The translations under genes and the position numbers were made by a program. A stretch of DNA of 64,000 bases from Trichoplax adhaerens (lineage: Eukaryota > Animalia > Placozoa), in the NCBI RefSeq assembly GCF_000150275.1, contig NW_002060946.1:1755454-1819453 (forward strand). The letters are read 5' to 3'. Positions 51,880 to 64,000 of the stretch are shown here, piece by piece; position 1 is the stretch's first letter, and each line of letters opens with the position of its first letter. Below the pieces are notes generated by a model. It was not told the origin of the DNA. It was given only the letters and a program-made list of their open reading frames with translations, and searched no databases.

Positions 51880-52620
51880 ATAGACCAATTCAATTTTCTA
51901 TGCTTTCTACTTCCTCTGATTAGATATAGAATCGATAGGAAGTCATCAAATAGAAATTACAGTAAATAGTTCACTTTTACTGCGACAACAATAGTGAAAT
52001 ATGGAACAATCAATTTTTTATGCTTTCCACTTTCCTCCGATATAATCAATAAGTAATCATCAAACGGAAAATGCAATAAACAGTCCATATTTACTACGAC
52101 AATAATACAATGTTGATCGACCCAATTTTCTATACTTTCTTCCAATAAGACGTATAATTAATATGTTGGCGTATTAATATAAGATTCATCAAACAGAAAA
52201 CACACTAAACAGTCCATTTTTACAACGACAATAATAGTGAAATAGTCATCAATCGAATTTTCAAGATTTTCTGCTTTCCTCCGATATAATCAATAAGTAA
52301 TCATCGAACGGAAAATGCAATAAACAGTCCATATTTACTACGATAATAAAAGTGAAATAGTGATTAATTGAATTTTTCGAGGTTTTCTACTTTTCTACGA
52401 TATAATCAATGAATAATTACATTATCAAACTGAAAATACAGTAAACAGTCCATTTTACGACGATCATACTGTAATAGTTCAATAGTGGTTAATTTAATTT
52501 TCCATGCTTTCTACTTGCCTCCGGTTAGACGTATAGCTTATATATATAATCAATGAGTAGTCATCAAACGGAAAATACTATAAACAGTCCTATTACAATC
52601 ATCGATGCAACCAATTTTTA
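51880..52620. repeat. Degenerate tandem repeat, about 6 copies of ~120 bp
   Basis: CGATATAATCAAT.AGTA.TCATCAAACGGAAAAT....TAAACAGTCCAT.TTTAC.ACGA recurs, with AAACAGTCC near 52078, 52207, 52322, 52443 and 52582. Confidence 0.85.
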
Positions 52621-55600
52621 GGTTAAAAAATATTTACTTCCATCAATATGAAATCATCTTTCGAATAGTCTTGAATCCCCAATAAGGATAGCATGGATCA
52701 GTAAGATTATACTGTGATTAAAACGACCAAGCTTGTTGATTACGATATGCAATTATAACGTTAATACAAAATAAGTTAATGATTAATGAATATAGTCAGT
52801 GGCCGGTCATCTTACGACATTATTGATCCATATATTTACCCTTCCTCAATAGAATAGCATTGGAGAGGAAATAGTGAACAATATTCTAGTAGATTATTGA
52901 TTTATTCTATTAACCATATTTATTTGTATACCACTACATGGATACCAAGTAGAATACTAACTGAAGATTTTACCCTAATCTGTTATAAGCTAGTTATGCA
53001 TGTAAATTAAATTAACTTATCTGTATGTTACGATCTTCATTGATCACTTCTCCTAATTCCTGCCCTTTACTTACATAGTACAGAGTTCAAGCGCTAAATT
53101 ATTTATAGACTAAAGTTACTTTGCTCTGTATTTTAAAAGTACGGTTAATCTAACGTTTGATAGGTATCTGTGTTCGTAATCCAAGCTGAAACAGATGCAA
53201 TTTAGTAGTAGATCGTTTTAATTCGAATAGTTGATAAAATCTTATCTAGCTGCCAGAGACATTTCAACAAGGATTCATTTTACCTGAGTTTCAATTTATT
53301 TCAATAAAGTCATGCAGCATCAAAGTATACCAAGGAGATGGCATATTTTCATTAAATCCTTGTTCGATCATAAATTATTACATAAACGATACCGGTTTTT
53401 TAATCTTGCTAGGTCGGAGTAATTAAAATTTAAATATCTGTTGTATGCGATCCTATGCAGGATTGCATATTGGGCAATCAATTAAAAAATAGGATCAATC
53501 ATAAAAGTAAATCGAAGGCAGTCCATACTCTGCACCATAAAATTAAATAAATAATGAGATCAGGTATTAAATGCATCTATTTTCAAATAGCACTATGAAG
53601 TGATATCACACATGTATACCCCAATTTAGCGATTTCTAGCCAAGTAGGAAGTGGTTTGCCTCTATTCCTCTCTATATACTATGGAAGGCGAAATAAATGA
53701 TCATTAATAATGATACTAATGTAACATGAATATCGTAACACTTTGGAGCTTTTAACAGATATAGATTAAATATTATAAGTAGTTTCTAAATACATTTTCC
53801 TTCACAATAATTAAAAGTTCAATGTTTATACAGGAAGAATTACCTTTTCTCTTAATCTCTATTCTCTATCAATCGTCATGATCTACCTGAAATTAATCAC
53901 GGACTAGCCGTTATATATATATATATACCCGTATTACATATGTATAGGTTTCAGCTTTCGCAAATTATCCACTGTATCCCTTCTAATATTATTACTACAG
54001 GTAATATGAGAAGGATCACGGTACGGTATTTATTCAGACTTGCATCACAAGAGCAGATATTATTAGCCCCTATATAAATTCCTATTAAAGAGGCCGACTA
54101 CTACTATAAACACTTTGTAATAATGGTACAATTCTACTAAAGAAACCCTCCGCTATGAATGATTCTAATTAAAATTATTTTTAGCAGATAAAAGAGACAG
54201 ATTTGCGTATTTAAAAACTAGCCCTTGAACTATTAATGTTACATATTTAATCAGAACTTCATTTCCATTTATGATCTACTGATTAATATTTTTCATATTC
54301 GTTAGGAAGTAGGAAAATTGTGCAAAATATCATAATAAGAATGGCGTTGTTTATCGTTTACTATCCTGGAAAATTTTTAATATTTTGTGAAAATAATTAT
54401 GTGATTAAAATTAATAGTTAAATATGAATTTCATTTATTTAGCATACTACATCATATAGCAAGTCATACGAGTGAGATAGATATATTAAGGTTAGGCTTG
54501 GGGTTACTGTAAGTCTAATTTAAATAAGCTTGCATAGTAAGATTTATTCTAGAAATAAGTTAAGATTAGGCTAGTAAACAAAACTCTTGTTTAGAATAAT
54601 TGTGTATTGCTATTGTAATTTTCGATTACCTTTTTACTTCATTCAAAATCATAAAATTTAACTCCAATATTCTTTTCAACTCTGGATTACAAATAAGATA
54701 TTCTAGCTTGTGTTTAAGATTATTAACTAAGTAGTTACCATAATCAATATATTGCAGACTTTTTCGATTTGTAGTTTAGGAATCATAAGTAATGATATTA
54801 AAAGAGAGAACAGATTATTTCATGTCCGAAATGCGCTACATGCTATATAAAACTTCATTCTAGTATATATCTTTTAGGTAATATGTTTATGACAGGCTAG
54901 GAATCTTTCCCATTGTAAGTATAACTTTTTTATTAGTATTTGTTATAAGATGATCATTTTAAGCTGTTAAGATGGCCATTTAAAGCTAAATACACAATAA
55001 TTGATGATGAATGTATTAATAATTAATTTGCAGGTTGTTTATTAGGGTGAGCTATCACTTTAATCCGAGGAGAAAATAATTAATGACCTTGGGTTTCTTA
55101 GAAATATGTATACATGATAGTCTTCATAAATAGTATTTTACATAAATGTATGATCAGCTATTTTTATAGCATGATTATGAAATCATTATAGGAACAAAGA
55201 CTAAACCGTATAAATTATATTGCTTTAATATTTCATATCATATACTAGATTCATCTATCGATTACTTAGATGTTCCTAACCCTGGTAAAGAAAAGATTTT
55301 TTTATAGGATGATTATAAATCTCATTTTCATATTTTTGTATAATTATTAAGACTGCGGACTAGTACTATGAACATCTTGGCGATCATACTTGTTATTAAT
55401 AAATATAAATTATACTCTGAAAACTACAACAATAGTTAAAATTTTCATGTTAATTCATTCACTTTGCAATTGTAAAGAACTTATGAGTATTTAGAAATTA
55501 AATGCTGTCCTCATGCTGTATGGTTCGCCGTAAAGCAAAATTGTTAAGTTTGAGATTTGTTATATATCTGATGAAACTTTACTCCAATATCTAAAAGTAT

Positions 55601-56624
55601 TTTATATCATCAAAAACTGTTATACAACGTCAGCAATTTTTTTCGATCTTATGCCGATATTGTCTTGTCTTGGCTATATTATAATCAACATCATTAATAA
55701 TTCGTACTCTATCTCTATTTACGCTCTATAGACTCTCGTGGGTAAGTACGTACGCAAGTCATAATAGTATTTAGCATCCCAACTATTGTAGCTTCAGATT
55801 CTAGTCTCAGAAAATGAACTATAAAGGCAGAAAGGGTTTACTAATATTAATTATCATACAACAACATATAAAAATCACATTTGACATTTTATCTCTAGAT
55901 GCAGTGCATGAACAGTTCTTAAAATTTTCAGATAGTCATATCGCAAAACGTTCGAATTAATCAAAAAAATTTTGAATTCATCTAGGACATCATTTTTATA
56001 ATACGAACATATACAGTTTATAAATACGTATTTCTCTTTTTCAGATTTAAAGAATAATGAATCAAGAGGCGGGAAAACAAATACGAAGTCTATCTCTATC
56101 ATTAACAATTCTCTCAATATTTAACTCTATCAGTATTATTTCTGGACTGGTTCAACCATACTATTTAACGATGTTAGAACTGGAATAAAACAAAATTTAT
56201 TTCCAGCAAAAAATTGTATTCGGAAGCTGGCGATGTGAAGTACAATCAATCTATCAAGTGCAGAACAGTATGATCAATCTTACGCTACTGTTCTAGCCTT
56301 GTAAGATTACATCGAGGAAAATAAAATTATCTATATGATGTCGAAATCGAGTTAGCTATAGACAGATGAAATAATTATAATAAGATATGTTATCAGGAAT
56401 GTTATTTTGTTTAGGATATATCCAGTCTATAGCAGTTTAAATAAAAACAGAATAGAGAATATATTTCCTAGCGTCTTTTCGAAAGGAGATATTACTATTC
56501 TATCAGATTATATAATAGCTGCGCTGCCCCTCTAGATTGTAAAAACAATTTATTTTTACATCGCGCAATATAGTACACGTGTAGAAAGTAAAAGTTAGTA
56601 TACGCGTAAGTTTACGAATTATAG

Positions 56625-59600
56625 TTATTCATAACGATAGTTGTCTTCAGCTTTTGTTAGAACTGAATCTTCACCAAGAAGAGAACATAGTTCTAATAAG
56701 CGTTTTTGCATTAATGGAACACCAGCTAATTGCGATTCTAACTTTTCCTTTTCATCTTTAAGTGATAATCTTGCTTCCGTGTTTAATTCTTCTAAACGCC
56801 AGCCTCCTTCACCATCGAACTGTAGTACATGCGTATGATATTTCCTATAGTTGATATCATAGGAGTAGAGTAATTTTATTAATGGTTACTTAAAAATATG
56901 TGTGTATTGACTGTATATAATTTTGTAATTTATACAGCATTTAGAATTTTAACTACCATAATGAAGGCCGATGAGAAATGGACAGAAGAATGATTCCTTT
57001 ATCTTTAGCAACTTGATAGATTTTACCTTCAACGTCAATGCTAACTGCACTCGTACATTCGTCTAAAAGAGCAAACTTTGGCCTGATAGAGAATTTATAT
57101 CAGTTAACATAGCAAATACATAAATAAATGTCGACCAATAAACTAAAATGGTAACATAGTCATATATTACACTCACTTATGATAAAATAAACGAGCAGTG
57201 CCTACTCTTTGCTTTTCACCACCTGATAGCACATCCGACCAATCATTTATCGCATCCCATCCTTTGTAATAAAAATAGCAATTAGAAGAAGTAAGACCTC
57301 AAATGATTAATGATCAATTAATAAATCCATTTAAAATAGCTTGTATTAAGCAATCTTGAACATTTATACCTCCTTCCCGTTGGACTACATAATTTAAGCA
57401 AACAATGTCTAAAATATCCTCTAAATCGGCGTCAGATATCCCCTTTGATTCCATATCAGCCTTCGTATCAGGATAAATGATTTGATCTCGTAGAGTACCC
57501 AATGACATATATGGTCTGTAAAATGAATTTCATTGATTGTATTTTAATAGTTGTTTTGTAAAGTCAAAGTGAATTAATCGATATTCTGTTGGTTCATTAC
57601 CTTTGTGGAATATAGAATAACGATGATACAGGAGGTTTTTTCATTTCACCCTTAAAAATTGGCCAAAGCCCGCTAAGAATTCGAAACAATGAGCTTTTAC
57701 CGCAGCCATTAGGGCCAGTAATTAATAGATGCATGCCATCTGTAATCTATCATAACGATAGTCAAGTAATAATTCAATTTATATTCTATGAGCACAGATC
57801 TTTACGTTAGAATAGAGCTTTTTCTATCAACGAAGCCATGGACGATTATTACCTGTAATGTTAAATTGGGAACGATAACATCACCATTCGGTGTAACTAC
57901 AGCCACTTTATTTAGCTGGATCGTAAAATCTTGGCTTTCTGTAACGTTGCCCCTTTTATTAATATCAAGGCTTCCAGTTTGTATCCCTTCATCATCATTA
58001 ATATTATTGTTTTTGGAGACAGTTTTCCTTACATAATGTCCGTCACTAATATCTTTAAAGACCATCAACATGTCATAAACACGAGATGTATACCCAGCTA
58101 ATTCCGTTATCTACAGTTTAATAAATTTATAATTTTAAAAATAAATGATTGATAATAATTTGTAAAAACCATTTAGAAAAGTCATCGGACAGTGTGACAT
58201 AATTACACCAATCTCTTGTATACTTATGGCTTAACCTATTAACTATACCTTGTATATTTAACTAATTAATCCAACCTACCTCTTTTAACGATGACATAAT
58301 CCTTTCAAATGCATCAGCTGTCGAAGCAAGGAGATGACGAGCGGTAGTTAAGGTTTGAGTTCTTTCGCTGACTACATCAATTTTGGGTAGAGTAGTTTCA
58401 CCGGATTCCGTAGTAGAATCAACATCTTCATCTCGATTTAATAAGACAGGCAAAGCAATCATGACCATCCCAGTAGCACTCCAACAATATTTCATGAGGA
58501 ATTGCTCCAGCACCACATACCAAAGTCTCTTTTTAAAGATCATTTCCAAATGGTTGGCTAAGACGCGATAGCTTTGATAAAGGAGATTGTGCTCGACCTA
58601 GATTACGATATATTAACAGGAAGTCATGATTACGGTTTAGGTAGATCATCACTCCATCTATTAGCAAACTAGTAAGTAAGTAAAGTATTGGATTATTGCC
58701 GCATGATATTATTTTCCAATTAAACCTCTATACTCGTTGATACCCTTAAGTACTGAAAAATGGAATTACTATTCTTTACTAAACCCTCGCAATTGAGCTA
58801 CCAACTTACGATTAGAGTAGTAAAATAATTATATAGATTTATACTAAGGTAATTTTATTGATATGTGCTTCTATTCAAGGAGAAGAGATTCTAAGTAAAT
58901 AGAATCGAATACTCAGGTAAGCAATAACAATGTTATAGAGTATTGAATGAATTAATTATTTATCATCCTGCCATTATTGAATGAATAAAGTAATTAACGT
59001 TAGTAAATAAAAAGCCCTTCTCCAATTAGAATAAGCAGGTAATGTCTAATCAGGCGGACAACCAACATCTTTAATCCAATATCTAGTGGTCCATCATTAC
59101 TACTATTGGATCATCTACAACCTGCAGTACTATAGTCAAATATAGGCGTAGTTAGCATTACTAAAATACTGTACACTTTCTCTTAGTGTAATACGGTAGT
59201 CCTTAACGATATGAAATCAATATCCATTGGCCTTAACTGTAGAATAAAATTGGCTCCTTTTTCATAATTTAATTGTGAGTTTGTCCAGCTGAATGTGCAG
59301 TGCAGTTGCCGTAACTAAGGCATTTATTTAACTATCCATTTTCTTAACAAAGAAATTCTTGTCTAAAATTACGGTAAAATATTATGCGATCCAATAGCCA
59401 TAGAATATCCTTCACAGTTTGCTGCTTCTTTTCAACATTTGGTTATGAATTATTTTACTGAATGTATAGCAGCCACAACGATAGTGTTCATTTACTGTAT
59501 ACTTTCCCAGTGAAGAAGTATAGAACATCCAATATGCATATGTGAAAAATAATTGCGGTAAAACATTAAGTGATCCCTTCTACAGAGATCAAAGTAATTT

Positions 59601-61041
59601 GATGATCAACTGATATAACTAAGGGGAATATCGAATTTTTAACATTCAATCGTCAGTTTACTTTGCTAGTGACTAATTTCTTCAGTTGAAGAAAAGGGTG
59701 ATTAGAATTATGGAAGTGGATAGTATCCGATTTACAAGAGTCATTCAAAATGGATAACGACTACGATAGAGCATCTAATAATACGCATATATCAAAAAAT
59801 TATAGTAAAACATGAAGTGATCCTTTGTACAGAGATGGAAATAATTTAATGATAAGCTGATATTTAGTCATGGGAATATCGAATTTTTAACATTCAATCA
59901 TCAGTTTACTTTGATTGTCAATAATTTTTTTAGTTGAAGAAAAGGAGAGATTACGAGTTATCGAAATTGGATAGTATCTACTTTGCAAGGGTAATTGAAA
60001 ATGGACAACGACAGTAGTAGCATTGGTGTAGAATTCATCGATTCCCTAGGGTAATATCTTTTATTTTAGTCCTACCTTATGGCCGGAATAAAATGCTATC
60101 TCTTCGGAATTGGTAATTAATCGAGAATGGACATATCTTAAATTACCACGTAATTGAGCCTCTTGAGCGGTTAATTTACCAAATTTAGGCGAGCATCGAC
60201 GTAAAATTCTAGCTGTAACATAGACGACGGTATAAGCAAGTGATGGTGGAGCAATTAAGCCTAAATAACTGTAGCCACGCTGTTGAAGGCCTAGTCTAAA
60301 GAGTGCCGATGTCATGAGGATAACATCCAATACAGGCTTAGTCAATTGAGAATACAAATGTGAAATTGATGAACAAAATTCACGTATATCTTCAGTAAGG
60401 CATTCGTCGGCATTAGTTAGCCTACTGTCTAAGTTACTGACACGGTAATAAGTTTGATTTTGAAAATAAGCATTATAGGAATAATGAACTAATCGATCAC
60501 GAAAAGCAAGACCCAGTTTATTTTCCATATATCGTATAGAACTATTGACAAATGTAGCCGGTATAGCAACCGCTAACCATTTGGCTATATTGATTAAGAA
60601 GATACGGAATCGTTTTTGTACAATGCATCGGACAACTCGACCCTCTAATCCAGCAACATAAATGGAAATAAATGAACGACATATTAAGGCTAATGAATGA
60701 ATAGCAAGTAAAGCAAATTCAGGACTTTTCCAACTAGGAATTAGAATTTGAATGATCCATTTTAACTGTTTCATAAAGGCAGCATTTAAAGCTGGTGACG
60801 ATTTCCTTTTATCCATGGATTTTGTCAAATTATGTATAAGATGATGATCGATGGTTGCATCGTTGGCAGTATCTGGAGAAGAACGACGATGGCGTCCAAA
60901 CCAACGATGTAAATAACGTCTGATAAATTCATCGATCATTGATGATCGTGATACCGCTAGACCAGCACATGCTAATGCAGTAATGGTGGTTACATTTCTG
61001 AAACTGGCATGTTTATAGACTAATTTGGAAACATTGGCCAT
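56625..61041 (-). CDS. ABCD1/2: Peroxisomal ABC half-transporter, ABCD1/ABCD2 (ALDP/ALDR) co-ortholog (8 coding exons)
   Basis: Exons 61041-60076, 58597-58280, 58110-57853, 57746-57601, 57515-57370, 57261-57177, 57082-56957 and ~56844-56625. Motifs: [19 protein letters not shown] (EAA-like), Walker A GPNGCGKS, signature LSGGEKQR, Walker [12 protein letters not shown], and C-terminal LCSLLGEDS. Intron positions agree with those I recall for human ABCD1. Confidence 0.96.
59558..60012. repeat. Two-copy tandem duplication (~247 bp period) in ABCD intron 1
   Basis: AAGTGATCC..TACAGAGAT..GGGAATATCGAATTTTTAACATTCAATC.TCAGTTTACTTTG..AGTTGAAGAAAAGG..AAAATGGA.AACGAC occurs twice. Confidence 0.9.
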
Positions 61042-61934
61042 GGTAGATGTAGTTATTCCTCTTTTTCCTTTTCAATCGCAATCTCTCGGGAGAGTGGCAA
61101 AAGCGATGGCGATTGGATAAAATCACCAATACAAGGTTAATATACCTCGAAGAATGGATCGTTGACGATTAGCAATGATCGTCCAAGTAGTAACAGAGTA
61201 AATTGTCCTATTTTGAAGTAATGGATGATAATGAATCGTCTAAAATTGATCCAGGAAGAGAAATAATCATCAATCGAGAAGGATTGTTTACTTTACCGAT
61301 GGCAGCTCTTGCAGTAGAAAATGAAAGATGAAAGTGCGGAAAGATGAATTTACGCCGCTATTTCTACTCGATTGAATAATGCATTAGTAACAAGGTAATT
61401 ACAGTAGTACAGTACAATGTCCTGCAGTACTCTTCCACTTGAAAGAGGCCAAAAAAAAGCAGAAAAGAAGGACTTTTAACAGTTTTAATGGCTACTCCTG
61501 ATGGTCTACGACAGCAAGGAAGGAACAAGCTGCTTTTGTTCTTGTCCAATTTGTGCTATGACTATAGATAGACTAACTGAGTCTCAAGTCAAAAACCTTA
61601 TGAATAGAGTCATGATTAGGGATAGTGATAGACTGAGTGAGTTACCGTGATGGTGATGAGAACATGTGCTACTCAAACGTACCCTACCAATACTATGAAA
61701 TGACCAGCATCGCCATCAATCTTCCCTTATGAGATCGCAATCCACGCCTTTTCTTCTCCAGGTGGCAAAAGGATTAGCTGTTAATCGAGCTACTTATACT
61801 TCAAATTTTGCACCATTGGACAGTCTATATCCTTCATTTTCCCTAGCAATCAATGGAGTAAAACTGTATAAAGAAAAGTGTAGCATGGAAAGCCATGTTG
61901 GCTCGTAGTTGATTAGATAGGGCAAGGGAGAGTT

Positions 61935-62915
61935 GCACACCTTAGCAGCTACGACAACTAGCTGACAACATGGGAGTAGCAAGTCTGCACTCGATGCCAA
62001 CGCTTGAATACTGTGCATTGGCTAAAACGACTGCTCGATGTTACCCTTGTGCCATTATAGCACAAAATATTGAGCTAGATTGAACACTAGCATATTCCAT
62101 TGATGCATGAAATGCTCAATCAACACCTTGGCAGCAGCTACAAGTAGCAAGCAAGTCTGCAGCCTATGCTGACACATTAATACTGTGCATTGGCTAAAAC
62201 GACTGCTCTATGTTACCCTTGTGCTATCATGGCATAAAATACTGGACTAGATTGAACACTAGCCTATTCCATTGATGCATGAAAGCTCAATCAACACATT
62301 GACAGCAACTACAAGTAGCTGATCACATAGATTAGCAAGTCTGCAGGCTATGCCCACGCTGTGCATTAGATCCAGCCATTTTTGAATTGATTCTGAAGTG
62401 GATGGGTGTACTATGCATTGGCTAAAACGACTGCTCCATGTTATGCTTGTGCCATCACGGCACAAAATATTAGACTAGATTGGACACTAGCCTATTCCAC
62501 TGATGCATGAAATGCTCAATCAACACCTTGGCAGCAGCTACAAGTAGCAAGCAAGTCTGAAGCCTATGCTGACACTTTAATACTGTGCATTGGCTAAAAC
62601 GACTGCTCTATGTTACCCTTGTGCTATCATGGCATAAAATACTGGACTAGATTGAACACTAGCCTATTCCATTGATGCATAAAATGCTCAATCAACACCT
62701 TGGTAGCAGCTATAAGTAGCTGACAACATAGCGTAGTAGTCTACCGCCAATTTTGATTGCAGTCGATAGTCCATGCCGATACTTTTAATATTGTGCAATG
62801 TGCATTGGCTAAAATGACTGCTCCATGTTGCCACTATAGCCATTATAGCATAAAATATTGGCTAGATAGAACAGTAGCCTATTCCATATACGAGTGTATA
62901 CATGTAATGCTCAAC
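61935..62915. repeat. Higher-order tandem array (5 cores, ~400-bp dimer) upstream of ABCD
   Basis: TGCATTGGCTAAAAYGACTGCTC at 62014, 62186, 62414, 62586 and 62801 (spacings 172, 228, 172, 215). Confidence 0.93.
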
Positions 62916-63119
62916 ACTTTGCTCAAGGTGATAGTGAGTTCTTAAACCTATCTATAACAGTTTTGTACTCATTTTTTTCCAGTTATATCATGGTTATATA
63001 GGATATCAGCAGCACTAGTAATAATTATCATAAAATTGAACGAGTTTGGACGAAATAGAATCATACTAATTAATCATTGAATTTTCAATCTAGAAATATG
63101 CAAATATTTCCTGTCTATG

Positions 63120-63337
63120 TATTCACTACATCATCACTATTACCTAGTGGGTATCGTGAATGAAATCGAATAGGCTCGAAATAGAAATATCATATTGAAC
63201 TTTCATTCTATAAACGCACATATTTCCCATTAATATATTCACTACATCCGCACTATTACCTAGTAGATATCATGAATGAAATCAAATAAATAGCTCGAAA
63301 TAGAATTATCATATTATTGACTTTCCATTCCATAAAC
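63120..63337. repeat. Two-copy tandem duplication (~116 bp period)
   Basis: TATTCACTACATC..CACTATTACCTAGT..TATC.TGAATGAAATC..GCTCGAAATAGAA.TATCATATT occurs at 63120 and 63236. Confidence 0.85.
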
Positions 63338-64000
63338 TACACTTTTATTTCTTTCAGTAATTCATATTCTACTGTACATCAATCTTGTACTATACTAACA
63401 CAACCAAATTGGCTACTTGAAAGGGCACCATGATAAAGTAATATATTGCCAGAATACACTTATCATGGCATTTTAAGTCTATATTTTCATTGTAGAATGG
63501 TTCATGTAAAAACAATCACCCTTTTTCAGCATCTAAGCGATTACATAGTAGAAAATGATGATAAACGCCATCTACGTAAACATTAAGGTATACGTATTTA
63601 ATATATCTATTTATGATAATTTCCTCTTCACATACATCTGATTTCTATAGATCATCCATCAGATTATTTAAGAGGAAATTTTATACCAATTCAGAATCTA
63701 TTTTAACGCAATTTTTACAGGTTGCGACAAATTATCTCAATTTTTATTTCATATAACATCACACGGTATCATTTAGAGTAGTATAAGTAAGGTAATTTAT
63801 ATCAATATAAAATGCATATTAATATGATACCTGGAGACCAAAACCGACTATTATACTCTCGGTTTGACATAACCAAATATAATTTAAAGGTTTTTAATTC
63901 AATAGAGAATACTCTTCCATATACAGTGTATATATAATTCATATATCATATACATGATTATATTTAGAGAATACCATTGGTTATGTCAATGTTTGATTAT

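Overview
AT-rich, intron-dense animal genomic DNA with many 70-300 bp GT-AG introns. Composition, intron style and gene content suggest a placozoan such as Trichoplax (inference). I reconstructed seven protein-coding genes by hand from splice sites: a type II PKA regulatory subunit (+, 4675-11028); a head-to-head pair of PFKFB paralogs (-, 11725-18626; +, 21060-28000); a head-to-head pair of DD3-3-like genes (-, 29226-35281, membrane-anchored; +, 37777-42205, secreted); an intronless class A GPCR (-, 48552-49613); and a peroxisomal ABCD1/2 half-transporter (-, 56625-61041). Introns and intergenic DNA carry many local tandem duplications. Three observations stand out. (1) The GC-richer cores between both divergent pairs contain runs of TA-CAG/CTG/CAGTG/GACTG-TA units that parse as stacked Tc1/mariner excision footprints, and sister copies of several tandem repeats differ by exactly one such 5-bp unit. 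(2) The + strand PFKFB has lost several fructose-6-phosphate-binding residues of its kinase domain but keeps an intact bisphosphatase, while its partner is canonical. (3) The two adjacent DD3-3 paralogs share no intron position and form a secreted plus receptor-like pair. No RNA genes, CRISPR arrays or transposase ORFs were recognised. All gene models are manual and unverified by transcripts.
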